Assembly (NCBI GenBank): GCA_000934665.2
Contig: KZ538985.1
Location: forward strand, 1-44,634
Length of the DNA stretch: 44,634 nt
Direction of reading: 5' to 3'
From: Catajapyx aquilonaris
Taxonomy: Eukaryota
Positions 38,289-44,634 of this stretch are shown one piece after another; positions within the stretch are counted from its first letter, which is position 1; every line of letters begins with the position of its first letter. The notes beneath the pieces were generated by a model, which worked only from the letters and a program-made list of their open reading frames with translations, made no database searches and was not told where the DNA came from. The position numbers were made by a program, and so were the translations under genes.

Positions 38289-38933
38289 NCCTCGGTGCAC
38301 TCTACCGTTCAGCGACCGTTGGCCACCAGCTCGCCTCCTCGCCTGATCCGCTCCGCCTCGGGGCGACCCCTTCCACCTCCCCCGCACCTCCACCACCTCA
38401 GCACTCTGGAGTACTCGCCCGAGAGCCGCTCCAGCTCCAGCGGGTTCGGGTCCAAGAACACTTCGCAGCAGAACCAGAGCTCCCAGTCGCATCTGCTCCC
38501 GCTGGACGTCAGCGGGGACTGGCGGCCGTCCGGACCCGTGGGCGCATACCCGGGGTACTACCAGCCCTGGCCTCAGAGGGTTCTCCTGGCCACCCCGACC
38601 CACACCCCGCCCACGCCCATCACCCGCACGCCGACACCAGCAGCGGTACCCACCAGCACCCTGGACGTGAGCGTGGATGGACACTACGAGTTCGACACCG
38701 TCGGAGCCTCCCCACCGCCCCCGCCCCTGCCCCCCGGGGCGGACACCACCCCGCCTGGACGACCCCGTGACACCAGCAGCATGCACCATCATCACCACCA
38801 CCACAGGAGGCCGCTGCACGCCCGGTACGAGGACATCGAGGCCAGAGTGCAGGCCATGAAGGAGGAGTTTCACGAGTACCGAAAGAAGCAGGCGCAGAGA
38901 CGACGCGGGCAGGTCCTCGAGAGCGCCTGCTGA
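13024..38933 (+). CDS. tutl: Protein turtle / IGSF9 orthologue (5 Ig + 2 FN3 + TM + Pro-rich cytoplasmic tail); spliced span of 15 coding exons, about 4054 nt
   Basis: Translated exons match recalled Drosophila Turtle nearly continuously (HITAILGESVVFNCHVEFP, GTWFHLDVHAPPRF, VAALETRVTIRKDG, TFTPTVQYLPFRLAG, KAITAGVVGG..FFIVAIILS.CAVKICNKRKRRKQEK). All introns are GT-AG with matching phases. Similarity is from memory, not a database search. Confidence 0.96.
13278..13420. mobile_element. Possible Tc1/mariner-derived MITE
   Basis: TA|CAGGGTG ... CACCCTG|TA termini with TA target duplication; only 7 bp of TIR visible. Confidence 0.5.
18339..18375 (+). repeat. Dispersed repeat copy 3
   Basis: TCATCCTGGCATGATGCAACCCAACGAACAC is identical to copies 1 and 2; ends TCTGTG vs GCTGTG. 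Confidence 0.9.
20200..20341. mobile_element. Foldback/MITE-like long inverted repeat (about 50-bp arms, 40-bp spacer)
   Basis: 20200-20251 AAAGGGACGTGACGTA..TGATGACGTTTCATAAAGCACCAATCGGAAGCAC is the near-exact reverse complement of 20292-20341; weaker pairing extends to about 20160 and 20375. Confidence 0.8.
22772..22896 (+). CDS. tutl: tutl exon 2: N-half of Ig1 (GLCGHQDAEHITAILGESVVFNCHVEFPEGHPVPYVVQWEKK)
   Basis: Acceptor ttccctgacag|, donor AAG|GTAAAG; phase 1 to 0. Confidence 0.95.
25927..26023 (+). repeat. 30-bp tandem repeat x3.2 (GCCAATCTGAGTGCGATTCCACTGCCTT(GG/CC))
   Basis: Read directly; it explains the repetitive ORFs reported here. Confidence 0.96.
26132..26363 (+). CDS. tutl: tutl exon 3: C-half of Ig1 (TVDIPIYIWY...DQGWYQCKV...WFHLDVH)
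   Basis: Acceptor ctttgtttag|, donor CATG|GTCAGT; DxGxYxC Ig motif; phase 0 to 1. Confidence 0.95.
27164..27439 (+). CDS. tutl: tutl exon 4: Ig2 (APPRFTVTPEE...EDIGDYICIARNGEG...KVIIA)
   Basis: Acceptor ttccag|, donor GCAG|GTACGG; phase 1 to 1. Confidence 0.96.
27541..27828 (+). CDS. tutl: tutl exon 5: Ig3 (GAAVIVVPPHN...DDSGYFTCEV...AYLNVE)
   Basis: Follows a 101-bp intron; acceptor gtcag|, donor GAAT|GTGAGT; phase 1 to 1. Confidence 0.96.
28074..28264 (+). CDS. tutl: tutl exon 6: N-part of Ig4 (YPARVTFTPTVQYLPFRLAG...NGSLLFKR)
   Basis: Acceptor tttttacag|, donor AGG|GTTCGT; phase 1 to 0. Confidence 0.94.
28351..28569 (+). CDS. tutl: tutl exon 7: end of Ig4 and start of Ig5 (VSQTHQGRYTCTPYN...PTVAWQR)
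   Basis: Acceptor ttttattgcag|, donor AGG|GTAGGT; 219 nt, phase 0 to 0. Confidence 0.95.
28600..28761. mobile_element. Small MITE-like element in tutl intron 7
   Basis: TATATCGGCGTG (28600-28611) and CACGCCGATATA (28750-28761) are perfect inverted ends including possible TA target duplications; further internal GAGGCT/AGCCTC pairing. Confidence 0.65.
29305..29576 (+). CDS. tutl: tutl exon 8: end of Ig5 and start of FN3-1 (QDGLPLPRDR...DFGVYQCVAANEV...WLPGYSGG...YAIW)
   Basis: Acceptor cccacag| (weak pyrimidine tract), donor TG|GTAAGT; phase 0 to 2. Confidence 0.93.
29643..29815 (+). CDS. tutl: tutl exon 9: rest of FN3-1 (YRQMGSKDW...LSPGTTYEFQVVGKNALGDG...TTL)
   Basis: Follows a 66-bp intron; acceptor gacag|, donor TTAG|GTGAGT; FN3 LxPxTxY motif; phase 2 to 1. 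Confidence 0.94.
29976..30002 (-). repeat. Dispersed repeat copy 4 (inverted, partial)
   Basis: GTTGGGTTGCATCATGCAAGGATGAAA is the reverse complement of the repeat core with 1 mismatch. Confidence 0.85.
30201..30275 (+). CDS. tutl: Probable tutl linker (cassette) exon 10: (G)AHVPDPVRPNPVENEIEDETKENN
   Basis: ctcag| acceptor and G|GTAAGA donor; 75 nt, phase 1 to 1, no stop, coding-like composition. Absent from the ORF track. Confidence 0.65.
31146..31226 (+). CDS. tutl: Probable tutl linker exon 11: (E)ITDYSIVVYPTDSSGSTYIPAILRPQ
   Basis: Acceptor tttcgtttcag|, donor AAG|GTACCA; 81 nt, phase 1 to 1; joins cleanly to GPRPGPPRN. Confidence 0.75.
33827..34018 (+). CDS. tutl: tutl exon 12: N-part of FN3-2 (GPRPGPPRNITMKEV...DTSYL); alternative in-frame start at 33806
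   Basis: Matches recalled Turtle GPKPGPPRN..GFLITW..YTIKYRTD; donor G|GTTAGG; phase 1 to 1. Confidence 0.92.
34115..34342 (+). CDS. tutl: tutl exon 13: end of FN3-2, transmembrane helix (about 34231-34302) and basic stop-transfer segment KRKRRKQEK
   Basis: Acceptor gattgcag|, donor AAAG|GTAAAG; hydrophobic AITAGVVGGFLFFIVAIILSICAV. Confidence 0.96.
34510..34588 (+). CDS. tutl: tutl exon 14: juxtamembrane AYNMVACRITDSRNGGQPSRSQVPLK(K)
   Basis: Acceptor ttttcccccag|, donor AA|GTAAGC; matches recalled Turtle NMVACRITD.RN...QVPLK. Absent from the ORF track. Confidence 0.92.
36970..37259. mobile_element. Possible degenerate non-autonomous DNA transposon (GTAAC/GTTAC-rich, ends ..CATCACTG)
   Basis: Dense GTAAC/GTTAC/AGTAAT motifs and a hAT-like end, by recalled resemblance only; left end degraded. 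Confidence 0.3.
37399..38933 (+). CDS. tutl: tutl terminal exon 15: Pro/His-rich cytoplasmic tail ending ..EARVQAMKEEFHEYRKKQAQRRRGQVLESAC*, with an apparent frameshift at the poly-C/N (38231-38289)
   Basis: Phase-2 acceptor cgcag| (alternative tacag| at 37405); GC-rich coding sequence. Recalled arthropod Turtle motifs SSDDSGGFL, SPESRSSSSGFGSKNTS and SVDGHYEFD lie in two frames that switch at the C-run. Confidence 0.85.
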
Positions 38934-41900
38934 CCTCTGACCTTATATCCCGCCCTGGTTCTCTAGCGTGGGAGGCGTAGCTTCTCGTACTTCAGTAGCT
39001 GGAGGCGTCTTCACCAAACAGATGGGGAGGGGTACTACACCTGACACAGAGTCCAGCTCAATGTAGCCCAACCGTTTTGTCTGGTATAGTACATCTCCCA
39101 CTGCGCACAGGAAGACACCTCCAGCAACCAGAACCGCAGTTGGATATACAAGTGCCAGTACCGGTATAAGTCATCTGTCCAGATGACCTGGATCCTGCAT
39201 TTTGCGCCAAAAAAAAGTCCACCACTAATTGTTCATTAATTCACATTTATCCCCCCCTACCCCCCACCCGTTTCCCCCCCATTCTCACATGGACAAAAAT
39301 ATACCCATCTGTTATTTTTTTGTTACATTTTTATTTAAGAAAACATTATCATTACTTGTGACTATCATTATTCAAATTATTACATTTAAAAAAAAATATC
39401 GTTATCGAAACCCGATTTCGGGAATGAACTTCAGGTGCGACGAAAGCGACGTTAAGTTAGTCGCTTGTGACAGAGATTTAAAATAATAATAATAACTAAA
39501 TAAATAAATCGGCCAAGTGCACACATGCTCACAAATCTTGTTACACATGACACACACACAATACACACAGATGAAGATAACGACTTCTAGTGCACCCTCC
39601 CTCGCCTAACTTATCCATTTTACCCCCTGCCCTCACTTTTTTTTTTTGTTCCCAAAACTTCTTTCAAATGGGAAGAAAATATTTGTTGAGTCTTTAGTAC
39701 AAAAGAAGCCAAGAGGTAGATGTGTAGATACGTAGGGTTGAGTTAACGTTTGCGAGCTTGGTGCGGGCTTTTTTTTTTCTCTCTCTCCAATAGATATTAT
39801 ATCCCCAGCATGGGCCCGGTTTGCCAGATGTGTTCAGCATTTATCATTTTCTACGTTAATCTGCATTTAGTTATAACACCTGCCCCCGCCGTCCTATGTT
39901 TTCCTATACACAAAGCGCACCAAACACAATGCTGGGGACATGCTTTCCAACTGGGAAAAAACCCATAAGTTGTTTGCACTTATTTAAAAATTTGGGAGTC
40001 ATTCCGGTGGGAAATACCAAGGAAAGAAAAAAGCAACAATTCCCTGTGAGGTGCACTAAAACTATGCAGATATTTTCCCCACCTTATCTGGCCACACCAG
40101 TTAACACCTTAGTATGCAACGATCCCGTACGAGATTATATGTTTGTACAAAAAGTCATACAAAACAATCCTAAACCACAATCACAAAAAGGCCCAAAACC
40201 CGCATTTGGCTCGCAAATATTGCATGTTCCCCAAAAAAAACAAAAACGTTTTTTGTTGAGAAAAAATTATTATATATATTAGCACAAAAAAGTACCGACT
40301 GCGTGACCTCCTCGCTTAGTCGTCCTGCAAGTCGCCAAAAAATGCATGCTGGATGACCATAATTTATTTATAACTAGTTTTTGTTTTGTTTGTGTTTTTT
40401 TTTACAATATGTAGGCACCTAGTTATGTCCTTGTACATTTTTGAGATGCCAGGTTTTGGCTGGCTAAAAAAATATTGATTATTATTATTATTGATTGATT
40501 ATTATTATTATTCAAGGACTATTTGATGTGTTGTGTGTTTTTGTGCTCCATGACAGCTAATAAAAGGACTATCACGCGCGCAAGAGGAGGAAGAAACAAA
40601 AAAAAATCACAAATCAACACGAATAAAATACTCACGTGGATATGTACAAAGCTGTACAATGAGAAGTTGCAAGAGCATAGGATAAGAATGAAACTGACTT
40701 TAACAAATAATGGAAGAGAAGCTGGCGGTGAGATGAGTGTGTTTTAGGCGCAAAGTGATTTTAAAAAAATCGTTCTTAGCGCCGATACTGCATTGTTGAA
40801 TTTTCCGCCAAGTTGGAGTATTCAGCAATGGGCAATAATGATTTTAAAAACTTAATTAGGTGGTACAAAAGTGAAGGGTTATTTTTGTTGCGGCGGACCA
40901 AAACGGAGTTGAAAGGATCTTTTACCTATGTGCGGAATATGTAAAATGCATATTTTGCTCTGTACACTAGCATTTATTGTGCATAGGTGCTTGCCACTGA
41001 TCAGTCACCTAAGTGTCTAAGCAAAGTAAGCATTCTTCAAATTCCCTTACATTGCGTCAATTAGGTTGCAGTGCAGGTCAGTAGTCGACATTTGACCCAC
41101 AACAACCGAAACAACCACTTCACTTGAAACACCCCCTGATGGGGAAAAAAAAATCTTCAAAAAAAGAAAAAAAAAAAACTTAAACCATCAATTATCCCCA
41201 AGTTGTAGAGTTTAAAAAAAACGGGGGGAAAATCGAATGCATGTGACCATGGTTTTATTCGTAGAGTTGTTTTTTATAATTATTTGAAGCGTGTGCGTGA
41301 GGAACAGAAAGAAGTGTGCATGATGGCGCGATTTCCAAATAGCATTGGGCACCTGAGAGCGGTTGTGACTGAAAGAGCGACAGAAAGAAAGAGTTACAAG
41401 AGATTTTTTAAAAAAGAGAGAACTTTAAAAAAAAAAAAATCTTCAGGAAATTTTGTGATAGCCCGAGTTCGACCTGGATGTGTTGTGGTTTTTTCCCCCC
41501 CCTCTCTCCTAAATTAGTGGGAAGATGAAGAAAAGAAGGCAAGAAAAAAATAAAGACAAGCGAGAGAGAGCGACAAGAGTTTGAGGAACATTTTGGAAGG
41601 CAGTATTTGTAGTTGACTGGGTGTTAGCCTTGCCCCGCCGACTTTTTTGGGGTTGCCTTCGCGGACAGAGTTTAAGTCCACGCACCAAAGAAAATAAATA
41701 AACTCGTTGTTTTTTCTCACTTTGCCACTTTTACACTATTCGGACAACTGATGTTACGAACGCCTCGAAAAGAAAAAAAAAAACAATGCGAATTGCTTGT
41801 TGCTATCTCCCACGTCGTTTTTTTGCGATGGGTGATGTCACCTCTGAATTTGGATTATTCGTACCGTTAGATGTCGTTTCATATGAAATGACATCTGCCG

Positions 41901-42230
41901 GTATAGGAATGAGCTGACTTGGTAACATTCTGCCAAGAGCAGGAGTGGCTTACCCTCATGTGTATGTTTTGGATTATTTCTGCATTTTTCGTGGAATTTT
42001 ACAGCACACACATTGCACAGGTAGAGAGGACAAATTGACGCTTTTTCTCGGGCTGATATGATTGGAAACGGGGGATGTAATACGTGGAAGATTTTGTCCG
42101 CGATTGTACTCCCCGGAAAATACTCAACTTTGGGGATTTCAGTACAGTTGGTTCGAGAGACCATCGGTTCGAATTTGTAGCTATAGCTGTTATTAGACGA
42201 AAATAAAAGTGTTATTGTGATCAGAAAGGG
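38934..42230 (+). other. Putative long AU-rich 3'UTR of tutl with several AATAAA signals (about 39500, 40560, 40622, 41692, 42202)
   Basis: Directly follows the stop; A/T-homopolymer-rich. AATAAA at 42202-42207 is followed by GT/T-rich sequence. The end point is inferred. Confidence 0.5.
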
Positions 42231-44141
42231 CTATTTTATCTATATATCGCATGTTTGTCTTCCAGACACGTCATCTACATGGCATGGAGCTACATGAAAT
42301 TCCTAATATACACGTAGGTAAGTATAGTAAATGCCTGACTGATTTAGTCTGGTACTCTTCGAGGACTACATTACACAATGTGCAACTGAATTATTTGGAC
42401 CAAAATGTGACTTTGATCCGTCCTGCAAATCAGGTTCAGCAGCAGATGTGTTATACCAATTCAGCACATACTAATATTATTGCTTGCTTTACGTTAATAT
42501 TACCCCCGTGTAATGGTAATACTTAATCATTCACAGGTTTCATGTGCAATTTAAAATGTAGGTTCGCCCCGCATATTATATCGTGGATTACACTAGTTGG
42601 AATAATGAATAAACCAACGTGATGTGATTATGCAGCTTCAAGTATACCACGGGACAAATATAAGACAGACACCTTTTTGCTACTCTCCTGAGGCGTGTAG
42701 TCATTTTCTTGCAGTTGCAACGTGGTGTGCCCTGTGATTCTATTGTCTAATTTCCCGATGGACAAACATCAGCGAGGACGAAAAATATTCTGACCAGCCA
42801 TACATAGCAATATTATTCAGGTACGAATTTCATGATGCATGTCTCACATCATTTTGTGAGGAAATCCAACTCGGAAATTCGGTTGTTATATCAGATATTA
42901 TTTCGCACATTTGTGTGATGGGTACTCCAGAAATCACTTTAAATGGAGACAGCAATGACTTGATGATGAGTGCAACAAGAAACAATTTTAAGTGGTTCAT
43001 TCTGGGGGTTAACAATCCATAACTTCGTTCCCTTCTGCTCCCGCCTCTATTGACTGTGGGCTTGGTAGCCTACCACTTTCACTATTATTTGACGATCGAT
43101 TTCATTTAACAATAATTTGAATACCCTCAAGTTGCCTGAAATATAACCATTAACCAATGCAAATTCAATAGTGGACTGCTAAATACGGGGATAAGAGCAG
43201 TTATTAATTAAGCCAAATGCAATATTAGTGTGGATCCAATCAATGTAACTCAGATGCGTTGTAATTCAATCAGCTGTTATCAAAATGCACGTCTCAGTCT
43301 GAACTGAAATGCTACCAACTTTTTTACCCGCAAGGTGCTTGAAATATTGCCATTATATGTTAAATCAATATGTCACAAATGAAATGTGGGAATAAATCCA
43401 ATAAATCACATGGGTGTCTTTGGTTATGGAAAGGTCGTGCACGATATTTTTGTCCGAGCACTGGAAAAAAAAGATAAGAGCAACAACTGCATTACACTAT
43501 ATATGACACCATAATATATGCATTACGCAACATAATATGAAACTATAACATGAGATGGTATTTCCCGTGTGGTTGCAAAGCTATAGGGTGTCAAATGCTC
43601 CTATTTTCCTGCACGCATTTTCTCTCCCAATGTTCTTACTTGCAGGACCGTTAACTCAAAAAAGGTCAGGTCAAATCATACATGTAATGTACAGCGATGA
43701 AATTTTTTTTCTTCAAAGTGAGAAGTGTTTCTTATGACTGTATTTTTTGATGTAGATTTCGGGGGAAATACGCAAAAACTTCTATCACGTACAGTTTCGA
43801 CACAAATCGAGAATTTCTGTCTGGTTGCCTACATTCTGGGCGCGCTGCTATAAAAATGTGTCAAACCAATATTTGGCTTAGAAAAATAGATATTTCAGGT
43901 CAACGACGATAAATTGAAACATAGAAAGGAGAAAAGTGTTAAAATGTTATAATTTAATTTATAACCTCCCTAATAAGACGGGTGGTTTTTCGCGTTTTTG
44001 CAAGTATCTGCAAAAAAATTCGCTTTCTTTGGGACTTGGGGGACGAGACTGGTGAATAAGATAGTATATTCGCGAGACCCACGGCCTGTAGAGGCGCTGA
44101 AGTCAAATCCAAGATGGACGACAGCGGGGGTACTCGAGCAG

Positions 44142-44233
44142 GCAGCAGACAGGGCATGAGCTTGGCAAGAGGCAGGGAGAGCAGCAGACAGGGCATGAGC
44201 TTGGCAAGAGGCAGGGAGAGCAGCAGACAGGGC
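44142..44233 (+). repeat. 39-bp tandem repeat x2.4 (GCAGCAGACAGGGCATGAGCTTGGCAAGAGGCAGGGAGA)
   Basis: Read directly from the sequence. Confidence 0.95.
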
Positions 44234-44329
44234 TGAGCACGCGCTATGTGGGCAGGGAGGGGGCCAGGGTGGGCAGGTGGGGCAGGCCCTGGGCCGAGGC
44301 AGAGAGGTAGCCGAGCCGGTACCTACGCA

Positions 44330-44634
44330 AATAGCTGGGAGAGGGCTCGGCTGTATAGGGGAGTGGCTCCAGACGTGCATGGTGACATTTGGGAATTAAT
44401 TGCGGCCAAACTAGAGGTTGGAGGAGGGTGACAATGCTCCCGTCATCGAGAGGAGATTTCGATTGTTCCGACGACGTCCGCAATTAAATAAATATCCACG
44501 GGCTATTTTACGGGGGAATTAAATAGGAAATATATCAGCAGCTGGCAGGCTGCTGTAACCGTATGGGTCCAGGGGTGCATGTTGACCTTTGGGAATTAAT
44601 TGTGTCCAGACTAGAGATCGGAAGAGGGTGACAA
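44330..44634 (+). repeat. Diverged direct repeat with 200-bp period, truncated by the window end
   Basis: GGGAATTAAT at 44391 and 44591; GAGGGTGACAA ends at 44434 and 44634; the intervening motifs are collinear. Confidence 0.85.

Noticed and set aside
37360..38873. Long antisense and alternative-frame ORFs over the last exon, including the post-poly-C part of ORF 37367..38770
   Set aside because: Expected by-products of very high GC coding sequence; the Turtle-like motifs identify the true frames.
42830..43015. Minus-strand peptide SPFKVISGVP resembling the LINE reverse-transcriptase SGVPQG motif
   Set aside because: The QGS..P and YADD motifs are missing; too little to call a retroelement.

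Overview
Eukaryotic genomic DNA, very likely arthropod (inference from protein similarity; species not identifiable). It holds one intron-rich plus-strand gene, an orthologue of Drosophila turtle (tutl; IGSF9/Dasm1 family). I rebuilt 15 coding exons by hand from about 13024 to 38933, all with GT-AG sites and matching intron phases. They encode a signal peptide, 5 Ig domains, 2 FN3 domains, a TM helix and a long Pro-rich tail ending LESAC, about 1350 aa. The one frameshift lies in a 58-C run containing an N and is most likely an assembly error. The rest is upstream, intronic or 3'UTR DNA with MITE-like inverted repeats, a 4-copy dispersed repeat, tandem repeats and small N gaps. Most ORF-track entries are spurious. 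I found no support for a wholly new biological system. The best leads are several candidate in-frame microexons, cassette exons and alternative ends (a possible isoform-diversity system in tutl), an overlapping uORF, and some structured repeats.
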